DNA of 64,000 nucleotides from Picochlorum sp. SENEW3 (lineage: Eukaryota), in NCBI GenBank assembly GCA_034226945.1, contig CP120459.1:558001-622000 (forward strand), read 5' to 3'. This document shows, piece by piece, positions 11,215-21,565 of this stretch. The position numbers were made by a program, and so were the translations under genes. The first letter of the stretch is position 1, and each line of letters begins with the position of its first letter. The notes below the pieces were generated by a model, which was not told where the DNA came from, did not search any database, and worked only from the letters and a program-made list of their open reading frames with translations.

Positions 11215-11984
11215 CTATGCTGCTGTAGGTGCCGCCCTGCTCGATAATGCAGCCACACCAAACCCAATGCCAACCAAAACTACCCAACCGGCAACGTCAT
11301 ACCAAAAATCACTAATCATTGGCTCTTTTCTGTTTCCTGCTGCTGCATCTCCCCCAGAGGCTTTTCTCCCCTCACCTCCACCCATGGCTCCTCCTGCAGC
11401 TTGCAACTGTTTCTGTAACTCTGCATACAACTGTGGGGCTTTAGAAGACATCTCAAGAGCCCTTTTGTAGGAATCATTCGTTGGCTCGAACTCGACTGCC
11501 TTTTTAAAGCAATCCCCAGCCTTGTTGAAAAACTCATCTGCCTTCTCAGACGTTGGCGACAAAAATCCTTGCGACGTGTACGCATTTCCAAGACACCAAA
11601 GAGCGTCATGACGTGCATCATCAATATCCAGTGCCTGCTGAAACTTGGCAATAGCATCCTCAATCATGGAGTATGCCTCCTGCCCTTGTCTAAAGTGTGC
11701 CAACTCCAACAGAGCTCCGCCCCACTTTGTCAACGCCTGTATACATTCAATAACCACGATTAATGTAAACACACAGTCAGTAGGCACGCAGATAAAGGGA
11801 ATCCGCACCAGGGCATCCTTATTGTTTGCAGTAAATTCTCTTTCGGCCTGCTCCCGCGCTTGTTCAAAGAACATCAGCCTACATATCATATAAATTTAAA
11901 TGTTATTTACGAATATGCGTATAGATGTGCGCCAACCAGAAGGAAAACACACCTTTCAATGTCTTCTCTGCTCAGTGACTCCAT
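11215..11984 (-). CDS. TOM20: Plant-type mitochondrial import receptor TOM20 (3 exons)
   Basis: Spliced product MESLSREDIERLMFFEQARE...ALTKWGGALLELAHF...ALWCLGNAYTS with a C-terminal TM (SDFWYDVAGWVVL). Inferred introns 11879-11952 and 11737-11808. Confidence 0.88.
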
Positions 11985-12051
11985 GATGTCGTTATTCAGC
12001 GGCGTATATCAATCGATCTATGCTATTCTATCTCTAATTTAAATTAATATA

Positions 12052-12618
12052 TCAATAACCCAATTCTTTATCGATATCTTTTGCTATTGCCGACCCATCC
12101 TGTGGAATGTATGGTTTCAAGGATCTCCTATCAAAATGTTCAACAGCCTCGACCAAAGTCCTCGTTGTTGCTACTTGCAGATGACCAAGGCGTTTCAAAT
12201 GGTTGGCCAGTTCCATCTGATGATTGTCCATCAGGCTCTCATTCGGCACAGTAATAAGGCCAGCGCCGGAGGAGAGTGTTTCAAATATGCTCCCAGCCCC
12301 AGCATGGGAAATAACCAGATCACAGTCATTGATGATGGTTTTCAGAACAGGCGTGTATCGGAACCATTCCACTTGAAACATAGATCCATCGTGGTTGGGG
12401 ATGGAGGCCTTTCCCGAGTCGTCATCCGGGTCTGATGTGGGGCATAGGTGTAGGGGAACATGACTTGAGGATCCAATCTGAAGTAGCAGTTTTGAGTATC
12501 CTTTTTCTTGTAATATACGGACAAATTCCATCGAATCTGCTGCTTGTGTTAATTCATTGAACTGTGTCGTTCCTACGGTGACGAGAACAGGGCCGAGTTT
12601 TCCACCTTCTCTAGACAT
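12052..12618 (-). CDS. ALG13: UDP-GlcNAc transferase catalytic subunit ALG13 (GT28 C-terminal domain)
   Basis: VLVTVGTTQF, VISHAGAGSIFETL and VPNESLMDNHQMELA motifs. Confidence 0.93.
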   Translation of the reverse strand: MSREGGKLGPVLVTVGTTQFNELTQAADSMEFVRILQEKGYSKLLLQIGSSSHVPLHLCPTSDPDDDSGKASIPNHDGSMFQVEWFRYTPVLKTIINDCDLVISHAGAGSIFETLSSGAGLITVPNESLMDNHQMELANHLKRLGHLQVATTRTLVEAVEHFDRRSLKPYIPQDGSAIAKDIDKELGY

Positions 12619-12627
12619 CGTTGTTGC

Positions 12628-13227
12628 TCACAATTGGACACACGCTTTTCTCTCTTCCTTCTCCTGCGTTTCCTTGCAAATCATACACGTCTCATCCAAC
12701 GGTATCATAAGATCCCCAGTAGTCTGACTCCTACAGGATACCACCCCCAGGCCTTTTTCAGCAGTTGTCAAGTAGTATGCTCGAGCGTCCCCCAAAGACA
12801 GCACCTTTGCTCTTACAATATCTCTTGGTCTAAAACAACGATGAACTTCTAGTGCGTCAATATCGCTCGACCGAATATCTGAGTTTCGAATCAATCCACT
12901 GAATTTTTCAACAACGTCCTTGCCTTTCACCTGTAGTATATCTAAAAAGACGTGTTTCTGAGATATTCTGACAACCTTGCACACAACTACATCCCCAACG
13001 CGGGGGATCAAGACGGGACTAGGGTGCTCTTGAACAACGTGTACCACAATGTAAGAATCTCCGTCTTCTTGAACCGTCTTCTCTACCACCTTGCCCACAA
13101 GAGACGAGCAAATGTAGTTCCCACTCTCAAATGTTCCTAGTCCAGCTCTGTACTGCGTGGTTCCATCCAGCACTGACGCGAGTCTTTCTCCAGGGGTACA
13201 GAATCTATCAGTATTCTCATCAGTCAT
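12628..13227 (-). CDS. CSL4: Exosome complex component CSL4
   Basis: FCTPGERL, YRAGLGT, an S1 domain (PRVGDVVVCKV; CFRPRDIVRAKVLSLGD; YYLTTAEKGLGVV) and a C-terminal ribbon (CMICKETQEKEERK). Likely start is MTDEN at 13227; the upstream ORF extension is not CSL4-like. Confidence 0.92.
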   Translation of the reverse strand: MTDENTDRFCTPGERLASVLDGTTQYRAGLGTFESGNYICSSLVGKVVEKTVQEDGDSYIVVHVVQEHPSPVLIPRVGDVVVCKVVRISQKHVFLDILQVKGKDVVEKFSGLIRNSDIRSSDIDALEVHRCFRPRDIVRAKVLSLGDARAYYLTTAEKGLGVVSCRSQTTGDLMIPLDETCMICKETQEKEERKACVQL

Positions 13228-13663
13228 ACTGAATGAAAAATGAATCAAGTTGCAAAACCGGTATGCCACGTATATGCATGCGTTTGCACCACGATGGTCG
13301 TCACCCATCAACAACCTTTTTTGATAGGAGGACGCCTCTCCATCAGAATCGCTGGATTCTCCGTAAAAAGATGACAAAAAATGACACACAAGTGAGTAGA
13401 CCATGGCCATCATGTGGCAGTATTATTTGATCAGGGATTCATCAAGTAATAAAAGCATATACCACTTTCCATGTACGTTGTAAAGAGGCATGCGAGTGCA
13501 AGCCAACGGTGGTGGCATGTCTCGTCACCTTGACTGCGGCGGCCTAAAGTTTCTCTTCGAAACAGGCCTAGCGATGTGATTGCCGAGTTCATTTTGTTGA
13601 CAATAATAATTATTATACTTCTGTGACGCAGATAGTAAACATTGTTGACAAGACCATAGAAAA

Positions 13664-14314
13664 ATGTCCAAGGTATCAGGAGACACCCTCAGGGAGGCCA
13701 TCCAAACCATGCTCAAGGGAGCTGAGGATAAGCCAAGAAAGTTCCAGGAGACTATTGAGCTTCAGATTGGTTTGAAGAACTATGATCCACAGAAGGATAA
13801 GCGTTTCAGTGGAGCCGTGAAGCTTCCATACTGCCCACGCCCATCCATGAAGGTTTGCGTTCTTGGAGATGTGAACCATTGTGAGCAGGCTACTGCTCTC
13901 GGTGTCGATGCTATGAGTGTGGAAGATTTAAAAAAGTTGAACAAGAACAAGAAGCTTGTGAAGAAGCTCGCCAAGAGATACGCAGCTTTCCTTGCCTCTG
14001 ACTCTGTGATCAAGATGATCCCACGTCTCTTGGGTCCAGGATTGAACAAGGCAGGAAAGTTCCCAACCCTCGTGACGCACAATGACTCTCTGGAAGCAAA
14101 GATTACCGAAATCAGATCTACTGTTAAATATCAGTTGAAGAAGGTTTTGTGCATGGGTGTTGCCGTAGGAAATGTTGGCATGGCTGAGAAGGAACTCTTT
14201 GTCAACATTCAGATGGCCATCAACTTTTTGGTGTCTCTATTGAAGAAGAACTGGCAGAACGTCAAGTCTCTTCACGTCAAGACCACCATGGGTAAGCCAG
14301 TCCGTCTCTTCTAA
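13664..14314 (+). CDS. RPL10A: 60S ribosomal protein L10a (uL1)
   Basis: [34 protein letters not shown] and [12 protein letters not shown]; 216 aa. Confidence 0.98.
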   Translation: MSKVSGDTLREAIQTMLKGAEDKPRKFQETIELQIGLKNYDPQKDKRFSGAVKLPYCPRPSMKVCVLGDVNHCEQATALGVDAMSVEDLKKLNKNKKLVKKLAKRYAAFLASDSVIKMIPRLLGPGLNKAGKFPTLVTHNDSLEAKITEIRSTVKYQLKKVLCMGVAVGNVGMAEKELFVNIQMAINFLVSLLKKNWQNVKSLHVKTTMGKPVRLF

Positions 14315-14619
14315 ATGTATATGGGAAATGTATACGATACCAAAATGCTGCTGGTGCACAACACAATGTCCATGCATTCTTCATGCCTGACTATATCTCA
14401 TCTTTGCGTTACAAAAATGAGACATAAGAAGAACATAAGAAAGAAGAGATGCATATAGCATCTTCCTGGGCAGCGCCAACAGTCTTATTGGGAGCTCTCA
14501 TCATGAGGGCGCTTGCAATCTATGCGAGTTACAGTATGAATCCCCACATGTAAAAATACACAATTTCTATTCTTACAGAGGGTTACAAAAACAACCTGTA
14601 TCATGAATATCGTATGCAT

Positions 14620-15747
14620 TTATACTGGACCTTCAATGGCCATCTTTCCTATGTACTTGTCGTAATATTCTGCAGCCTTCTCAAACTCTCCCATCTCAGT
14701 GTAGATATCTGCAATCGTTCCGTATGCATCAACATCACCAATATGATCACCAGTATCGTCCGAAATCTCCAGCACTTTGCCTAGATAATCGATTGCCTGC
14801 TGATATCGACCCATCAGTCTGTTGGCAGCAGCAAGACCTCGCACTGCTCGCCTCTCCCTCACTTTATCCCCCATGGATCGAGCCAACATGAGAGCCTTTT
14901 CGAATCTCACCATGGCCGGGCCTGCATCTTGCTCTTTCAACAATCTCTTTCCTTCTTTCAGTGCAATCTGGCACTGCTTCACCTCTGGTCTCATATCATC
15001 CTCATCAAGACTCGCAAGGCTGACATTTGGAGATTGGTTTGCCCCATTACCATTCATTGCCGCTGGTGCACTTCCTTCCTCTACTGGTTTCTTTGAAGGT
15101 ATACTCACACTCTTTGGCTGTGTAGCAGCAGAGTTCATAGCACCAGTTGGTAGACTCACCTTTGTGGCAGATGGAATCTTTGCAGGAGCAGACGGTGCGT
15201 ATGTCAACCCTGGTGCATACAGTGTCCCAGCCCTTGCTTGCTGACGAAGCTGCGTATTAATCGTTCTGAGCTGTTCATTCAATTTCTCAACCTCATCCTT
15301 TCTCCTGCGAGCCGACAATCCCCCCACAAGAGCCCCTGTAAGAGCAATAGCCTCAGTAATCCCAACCACATCCACACCAAACGGTGTTGCACACAATTTG
15401 CCATCATACGTCTTCTTCGCTTCCTCTTCAAACTCAGACCGTGCTTCCTCCAACTCCTCCCTCACCTTGCCCTCCTCTTTCTGACGCAGTCGAAACAACA
15501 TCTCTTCCTCCTCAGCCAAAATACCCCGCCCCCCAGTCTTTTTCAGAAATGTACTTCCATCTGCCAATGCAGGAGATGCCGTCGCAATCAACCATGCAGC
15601 CGCCAATCCAAGAGCAGGACCATATGGCTCCCGCTGCTGCCCCTGTGCCACAACAGAGTGCACAGCACGGCGACCTCGTCCTCGTCCCCCAGACAGCGTG
15701 TGTGAGTGATTATACGCTGCTGGCGCTGTAGCTTTCCCAAGCATCAT
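14620..15747 (-). CDS. FLU: FLU-like (FLP) chloroplast TPR regulator of tetrapyrrole synthesis
   Basis: Transit peptide, hydrophobic segment, coiled coil (ARRRKDEVEKLNEQLRTINTQLRQQAR) and C-terminal TPRs (ERRAVRGL...DAYGTIADIYTEMGEFEKAAEYYDKYI). Confidence 0.85.
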   Translation of the reverse strand: MMLGKATAPAAYNHSHTLSGGRGRGRRAVHSVVAQGQQREPYGPALGLAAAWLIATASPALADGSTFLKKTGGRGILAEEEEMLFRLRQKEEGKVREELEEARSEFEEEAKKTYDGKLCATPFGVDVVGITEAIALTGALVGGLSARRRKDEVEKLNEQLRTINTQLRQQARAGTLYAPGLTYAPSAPAKIPSATKVSLPTGAMNSAATQPKSVSIPSKKPVEEGSAPAAMNGNGANQSPNVSLASLDEDDMRPEVKQCQIALKEGKRLLKEQDAGPAMVRFEKALMLARSMGDKVRERRAVRGLAAANRLMGRYQQAIDYLGKVLEISDDTGDHIGDVDAYGTIADIYTEMGEFEKAAEYYDKYIGKMAIEGPV

Positions 15748-16177
15748 ATTTGCTCTCTCTTTCTATAAATATATATATATATATATAAATCAAAATATAT
15801 GCCTCTCTTCGATGAATGAGCCTTCTTCTTCTGGACAAATACGATACCCAACAACAGTACGGAATACACGAGCTCTTTCTGTCTGTCTGTCTTCTTTCGG
15901 TGACAGGTAGATATATGTATGCGATAATAATTCAAAATATATTCCAATGGATGTATCTCCAATGGGTATTGAGCTTTGTGTATCATGAACAAACGTGTTG
16001 ACACGTGCCACAAGTGTGCCCATTATCCAAATCTATCCAGATGATGGATCCGGACCATGCATGGTTTTTATTACATCTATATACGGACGTTCATTTTAAT
16101 ACATCTATATACGGAATCATAACCATAGTAGCCCAGGTATCCCCAAAACAAAATCATTCATATATAGATGTATATAG

Positions 16178-16975
16178 ATGAACAGAGTGATAGAAATGAC
16201 ACGAAAGTGTCGAATAGGCCCATCCCTATCTCATTCGGCCTGGTCCAGTGTGGCAACATTTCATGACTCCCAATCCGTTCGACACGATGATCCAGAGCAG
16301 CCATCATCCTCGTATTCAAAGGATGATGATAAAAACAACAACAATAACAGATTTTTGTATTCGAAAGATTCTACCAACCCACTGTATGCGCTGGTGCGAA
16401 TGGTGACGACTTTGAAACAAAAGAGGAAGAGTGCAAATGAATATTATGTTAGACGAGTGCTGAGAGAGCAGATTGGTTTTACAGAGTATGATGTTGATCG
16501 GATGTGGAACTCTCCTGTAGAAAGACGTGTGTTTCAGTTGAGTGTGAGAAATAATATAGAACCTGTGGTGTCATACCTGAAGAGTTTGGACATTACAGCA
16601 AGTGCCTTGGTGTCCATCCTGACAGAGGAGCCTTTGATTCTCAGCAAGCCGGTGGATGACCACATTATCCCAATAGTGACGTGGTTGTTCAATGTCGTGG
16701 GTAATCAAGCACCGGCGGTGCTGCTGCGATGCCCAAAGCTGATGCTGCAGGTGACTCCAGACCAGCTCTCTAGTATACAAGATGCCATGCAGCCACGAGA
16801 AGATCTCCTGCGACGTTTCGTCTGGGAGCATCCCCGGGAGTTTGGAGTCGTGTGTAGAATGTCTCGTCAGCAGCAGGAGGAATGTATCCCCAAGATTCTC
16901 CGTGCCATGCAAGGCGCCCACAAGGTGGGTGATTCCAACCACACACATTCGTCACTCGAAGAAATTCTTGAATAA
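16178..16975 (+). CDS. mTERF-repeat-like protein, probably mitochondrial
   Basis: Arg/Ser-rich presequence and mTERF-like repeats (SVRNNIEPVVSYLKSL...ILTEEPLILSKPVDDHIIPIVTWL...VLLRCPKLM). Confidence 0.6.
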   Translation: MNRVIEMTRKCRIGPSLSHSAWSSVATFHDSQSVRHDDPEQPSSSYSKDDDKNNNNNRFLYSKDSTNPLYALVRMVTTLKQKRKSANEYYVRRVLREQIGFTEYDVDRMWNSPVERRVFQLSVRNNIEPVVSYLKSLDITASALVSILTEEPLILSKPVDDHIIPIVTWLFNVVGNQAPAVLLRCPKLMLQVTPDQLSSIQDAMQPREDLLRRFVWEHPREFGVVCRMSRQQQEECIPKILRAMQGAHKVGDSNHTHSSLEEILE

Positions 16976-17049
16976 TAAATACACATGACGCTGTTATTAT
17001 TTGCATTTTATCAGATATAGTTGTAAATAAATTAGTGTTGTTGGCAGAA

Positions 17050-17880
17050 ATGACAGTGTCCAGTACGCAACGCCGCGTGAATCCAGACCGTCCAATGGAA
17101 ATCATGCTTGTTGACCTGGATGACTGTCTCTATCAGCAGCCAGGAATGGCACAACAAGTTTCTCGTAATATTCAAAAGTACATGGTGGAGTATTTGGGAT
17201 TCTCTGAAGATACAGTGCAGGAGGAGTCGAGGGCATTGTATCTCGAACACGGAACGACCCTGAGCGGACTGGTAAACGCTCTGGGCAAAACAATCGATTA
17301 CGATCATTGGCATTCACATGTACATTGGAGTTTAGACTATGAAACATATATTCGTCCGGATTCTACTCTCAGAAAAATGCTTGATGGAATTCCTGTGAAA
17401 AAGTTCATTTTTACCAATGCTGATAAGCGTCACGCGGCAATATGTCTGGACCTGTTGGGGCTCACCGACTGTTTCAGTGGGGTTATTTGCTTTGAGACAA
17501 TGCTTGAGTTGGTGGGAAAGTATCCAGATAGGGTGGCCAAGCACGATATTTCACCAGAGGGTGGGGTCTTGTGCAAGCCACACCCTCTTGCGTGGGAAAT
17601 GGCGCTTGCTCACGTGGATGGAGACGCGAGCGTGGCCATGTTTTTTGATGATTCTCCTAGGAATATTGCTTCGGCGCATGCATATGGTATATACAGCGTG
17701 CTGGTGAATCCAAACAGGATTGATACTGCATATGACTGTCATATTCCAAGCATGCATCATGTCCCATCCCATCTTCCGTGGCTGACGTCTGTTGGGGATG
17801 GTATCGATCACAGCCGTGACAAGGATGAGGAGGATGTATTGGTTGCGGCGGAAGAGACTCCTGTGGTTGTGCAGGCCTAA
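17050..17880 (+). CDS. HAD-superfamily pyrimidine 5'-nucleotidase (SDT1-like)
   Basis: DLDDCLY motif I, LYLEHGTTLSGL, FTNAD, CKP and FFDDSPRNI. Confidence 0.9.
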   Translation: MTVSSTQRRVNPDRPMEIMLVDLDDCLYQQPGMAQQVSRNIQKYMVEYLGFSEDTVQEESRALYLEHGTTLSGLVNALGKTIDYDHWHSHVHWSLDYETYIRPDSTLRKMLDGIPVKKFIFTNADKRHAAICLDLLGLTDCFSGVICFETMLELVGKYPDRVAKHDISPEGGVLCKPHPLAWEMALAHVDGDASVAMFFDDSPRNIASAHAYGIYSVLVNPNRIDTAYDCHIPSMHHVPSHLPWLTSVGDGIDHSRDKDEEDVLVAAEETPVVVQA

Positions 17881-18211
17881 TACTGCTTTTTTGTTCTTTT
17901 GGGTGGAATTCACCTCTGCTGATACTACTACTACGAATCGCTGTATTTTGTTATACTTGATATTGTAATATATAGACACCGCGCGTTGTGTACGAGTCTC
18001 GATGATGATGATGGAGAGCTGATTGTTGCATGCTATGCTGCTCGTCCAATTCATTAGTATGTAGCTGGGTGAGAATCAATAGAATCCTGGCGGAGATGTC
18101 GGTCCGGGAATAGAATTGAATAGCATTTGAATCGTTTAATACATACTGGTGATCGTAGATACCTGTATTCTGTAGTATCACGTGGCGGCGTTTTCTTGAA
18201 CAATTCTGACC

Positions 18212-19069
18212 ATGGCCACGACGGACGCTGCTGTTCTCACCTTGCCTGTTGGTGCCACAGAGAACACCGTTCGAGTACATCCAGTGGTTGTTTTTACAAT
18301 ATCTGATGCATATATCCGTAGAAATGAGAATCAGGAGCGAGTTATTGGGACGTTGCTTGGGACGATTGGGGACGGCGTCGTCGATATTACAAACTGCTAT
18401 GCGGTTCCCCACAGCGAAAGTAATGATCAAGTAGCAGTAGATGTTGTTCATCATCAGACTATGGCAGAACTTCAGAAGAGAGTGAATGGTAGGGAGCGTA
18501 TTGTGGGTTGGTTTTCGACTGGGACTGATGTGTCTGGAAGTGACGCTTTGATTCACAATTTCTACACCAATGAGTGTCCGAATCCAATTCATCTCATCTT
18601 AGATATATCTTTAAATGGCGAGGATCGGGCAGTGAAAGCATATGTGTCTCGGGTGTTGAGTATTCAAGGGAACCAACTGGCAAGGGAGTTCCAAGAGGTG
18701 CCGTGTGAGGTGAGGGCGAGCGAGGTGGAGCGTATTGCTGGGAATCTTCTTCTATCAGAGTCGACAGAACATTTACCAAATGAGCTGGAAGGGTTGGTTG
18801 ATAGTTTGAAGAATTTAGACGAGCTGATTCAGGCGGCAGAAAGTTATGTAGATCAGGTTGTTCAGGGGTCCTTGCCAGGGGATGTGTCCATTGGCAGGCA
18901 GCTTGCAGAGGCGCTGTCGGCTGTCCCACGCATGACTACAAAAGATTTGACCAAGTTGGTCAGGAATAACCAGAACGATATACTGCTCACGACATATCTG
19001 TCTGATTTGATTCGAGCACAGATTTCACTGAGCGATAGGCTTGGAACAATGCAGCTTCCGCTCATGTAG
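18212..19069 (+). CDS. eIF3f: Translation initiation factor 3 subunit F (MPN domain)
   Basis: VHPVVVFTISDAYIRR, RVIGTLLG, TNCYAVPHSE and IVGWFSTG. Confidence 0.92.
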   Translation: MATTDAAVLTLPVGATENTVRVHPVVVFTISDAYIRRNENQERVIGTLLGTIGDGVVDITNCYAVPHSESNDQVAVDVVHHQTMAELQKRVNGRERIVGWFSTGTDVSGSDALIHNFYTNECPNPIHLILDISLNGEDRAVKAYVSRVLSIQGNQLAREFQEVPCEVRASEVERIAGNLLLSESTEHLPNELEGLVDSLKNLDELIQAAESYVDQVVQGSLPGDVSIGRQLAEALSAVPRMTTKDLTKLVRNNQNDILLTTYLSDLIRAQISLSDRLGTMQLPLM

Positions 19070-19140
19070 ATGCCGTATATGTTGTTATTATTATAGATAT
19101 ATTCATGTGAACTACGATGAAAAAGCAAGATGATGTCGTT

Positions 19141-20397
19141 TTATGAATCGGATGCTTCTTCCTGTCCATGTGGAGCTTGTGTCGAAGCATAGGCTGATGT
19201 GGGGACTGGCAAGAATGGGAGAGGCGGTTGAATGAAATCAGCATGGCGTCTGATATCTGATACTCCTGGCACTAAAGCTGGTGGTAATGATGGATGCTGT
19301 ATCGCGTGTCGTTCCACCCCATCATCTCCCTGGAACATACCCAGTAACCTAGCATGTTCCATGAGCAATGTCATCCTATCCTCCCCAGTGTTTGGAATTC
19401 TATGAAGCAGAAATGATATCATAAATATAGGTAGGTGTAGCAGTGATGCACGGAACAGTATTCTGGCGTTGGTATTGGATGGCTTGGCATAGAAATTTGC
19501 TGCCGTCAGCAGCATACCTGCACTGATGAAGGCAGATTCGTATGCAAAATATGGCGATGTAATTCCCAACCAGGTCGATAAAGCCCCCAATGGTAACAAA
19601 TACATGCAGTTTCTGAGCGCACATGCCGCTGTTCTCTTCCCTGTTGGATCCACAAGGGATAACATCTTGTACCCTCCTGCTGCATAATCCTTCCTACAAA
19701 GCCATGCCAGAGACATAAAATGGGGCATTTGCCAGAAATACAGGCCTGCAGCAAGAAGGAAAGCACCAGAATCCAATTCTCCATGTGCACCTGCCCATCC
19801 CATCAGCGGAGGAATGGCACCCACAACAGCACCAATCCATGTGTTGACAATACTAATCTGCTTCAGGGGGGTATACACCCCAGCGTACAATGCTATGTTG
19901 CCTCCACCAAGAACTGCAGCCGTTGTATTCACTTTTTCGTTCAAAATATACACCCCTGAGACACCAGTGATGAGCGCAAACGCGAGCGCATGTCCCCTCG
20001 ACATTCTCCCCATTGGCAAGGGCCTTATAGCAGTCCTCGACATTCGAGAATCGTTCACCACCTCGTACACTTGGTTCAGTGCATTCGCCGATGAAGATGC
20101 CAGCATAGTTCCTAAACACGTCCATCCGAATCCCCTCCAATCCACAGATTCTGTACTCGCTGCGACATATCCAGCAGCAGCTGTTGCCACCACCAACCCA
20201 CTCAACCGAGCCTTTGACAACTGCTTGTAATCTCTCATCCTCGATCGCACATGTTTCCACACTGAAGAAGATGAAGATGTTGTACTCGTACTCGCAGTGC
20301 TAAAACAGTGCTGCGTGGTGGACCAACTATGCCGTGTCTCTTCAAGCAGAGACACGACCGAGTCCTTAATAAGCACGCCAGCCCTTTGCCGCACCAT
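19141..20397 (-). CDS. COX10: Protoheme IX farnesyltransferase (heme O synthase), mitochondrial
   Basis: SANALNQVYE..DSRMSRT..RPLP, YTPLKQ, NTWIGAVVGAIPPLMGW and WQMPHF. Confidence 0.96.
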   Translation of the reverse strand: MVRQRAGVLIKDSVVSLLEETRHSWSTTQHCFSTASTSTTSSSSSVWKHVRSRMRDYKQLSKARLSGLVVATAAAGYVAASTESVDWRGFGWTCLGTMLASSSANALNQVYEVVNDSRMSRTAIRPLPMGRMSRGHALAFALITGVSGVYILNEKVNTTAAVLGGGNIALYAGVYTPLKQISIVNTWIGAVVGAIPPLMGWAGAHGELDSGAFLLAAGLYFWQMPHFMSLAWLCRKDYAAGGYKMLSLVDPTGKRTAACALRNCMYLLPLGALSTWLGITSPYFAYESAFISAGMLLTAANFYAKPSNTNARILFRASLLHLPIFMISFLLHRIPNTGEDRMTLLMEHARLLGMFQGDDGVERHAIQHPSLPPALVPGVSDIRRHADFIQPPLPFLPVPTSAYASTQAPHGQEEASDS

Positions 20398-20629
20398 ATC
20401 ACGAATGCTCCTACCTAAATTCTATAAGAATTTCAATTGAATTTCTCATCTTCTGTAAAGGTTGTAGCACCTGTACAACCCAATGACATTTTGGGGGATT
20501 TTTTTCCAATCAAGGAACTTCCCTTCTCCACAAAAGAGGAAGAAGAATGGAACACCCCCGATCGACAAAAACCAAGTTTTTCACAGGACCCTGTGTCCAG
20601 AACTATATCCGATATTCAGAAAAGCAAGA

Positions 20630-21316
20630 ATGAGGACTCTCTCATACCATCAAACAGCGTGTTGCAAGAATCATACCACCAAGGTGACGGTGCAGTGTCG
20701 CTCTCTGAGTCGTCGCCAAGCTTTACAGCAACACATGGCATCCTCAACATCATTTCTAGGCATCATGCTATTGGTACAACAGGCACAGGGTGTTGGAGAT
20801 GCCAATGCACTGGGGTTCAAGAAGGAATTGAAGAACAGGAGAAAGAAGACTATTGATGTTGAGGAATACACAGAAGCCTTGCAAACCCCTGACGGTCAGG
20901 AGATCAAGTACTATGACAGTGCCAAAGGAAACACATTTGGCGGTGTTGCTAAAATTGGCGACACAGTCTCTGTCCATTTCGACTGTATGTATAGAAACAT
21001 TGATGTGGTGTCAACACGATCTGCACGTCTCCTAGGTGAGAACAGGATCATTGCTGAGCCACTGCAGTTTACTGTAGGCGCATCCAAACAGCAGTCAGCA
21101 GCAGCAGTCAATGTCGATGGCGGAGGAGGACTATTCTCTGGGATGAGCGGCCCAAAGGCACCTCCTGCCCTGGAATATGCTGTGCAAGGAATGGCTGTAG
21201 GCACCAAGAGGCATGTGCTTGTCCCTCCAGAACTGGGATATGGGGAGCAGGGAGAGCAAGAGATCCCACCAGGAGCGACATTTGAACTTGTGATTGAGTT
21301 GTTACAAATACAATAA
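20630..21316 (+). CDS. Thylakoid-lumen FKBP-type PPIase, FKBP18-like
   Basis: Twin-Arg signal (SRRQAL), STRSARLLGENRIIAEP and GMAVGTKRHVLVPPELGYG...EIPPGATFELVIELL. Start is uncertain (20483 or 20630). Confidence 0.88.
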   Translation: MRTLSYHQTACCKNHTTKVTVQCRSLSRRQALQQHMASSTSFLGIMLLVQQAQGVGDANALGFKKELKNRRKKTIDVEEYTEALQTPDGQEIKYYDSAKGNTFGGVAKIGDTVSVHFDCMYRNIDVVSTRSARLLGENRIIAEPLQFTVGASKQQSAAAVNVDGGGGLFSGMSGPKAPPALEYAVQGMAVGTKRHVLVPPELGYGEQGEQEIPPGATFELVIELLQIQ

Positions 21317-21319
21317 ATA

Positions 21320-21565
21320 TCATCGCCATCCAACATACGCCTTTAAAGAAGAAGAGGGACTAGAAGGGGGTTGGTACCCAACAGTCATGAGTTTGAACTT
21401 TTGTATCACATACCGCCCTTTGCTTGTGTGTTTTCCTTCATTACTGCATCCTTTACCTTTATAATATCCTATTGGTCCTATTTTGGAAGTTAATTGCGTG
21501 AATCCCTGCCGAGGAACCCGTCTCCCTCGTTTCATGATGTGAGACAGGAACGAATGAAGCACCAT
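21320..21565 (-). CDS. Mitochondrial ribosomal protein mL41
   Basis: LTSKIGPIGYYKGKGC..EGKHTSKGRYVI...LKAYV, the mL41 (yeast MRPL27) family pattern. Confidence 0.88.
   Translation of the reverse strand: MVLHSFLSHIMKRGRRVPRQGFTQLTSKIGPIGYYKGKGCSNEGKHTSKGRYVIQKFKLMTVGYQPPSSPSSSLKAYVGWR

Noticed and set aside
13228..13413. 62-codon N-terminal extension of the CSL4 ORF
   Set aside because: It is not CSL4-like and overlaps the divergent promoter region; probably an open frame by chance.
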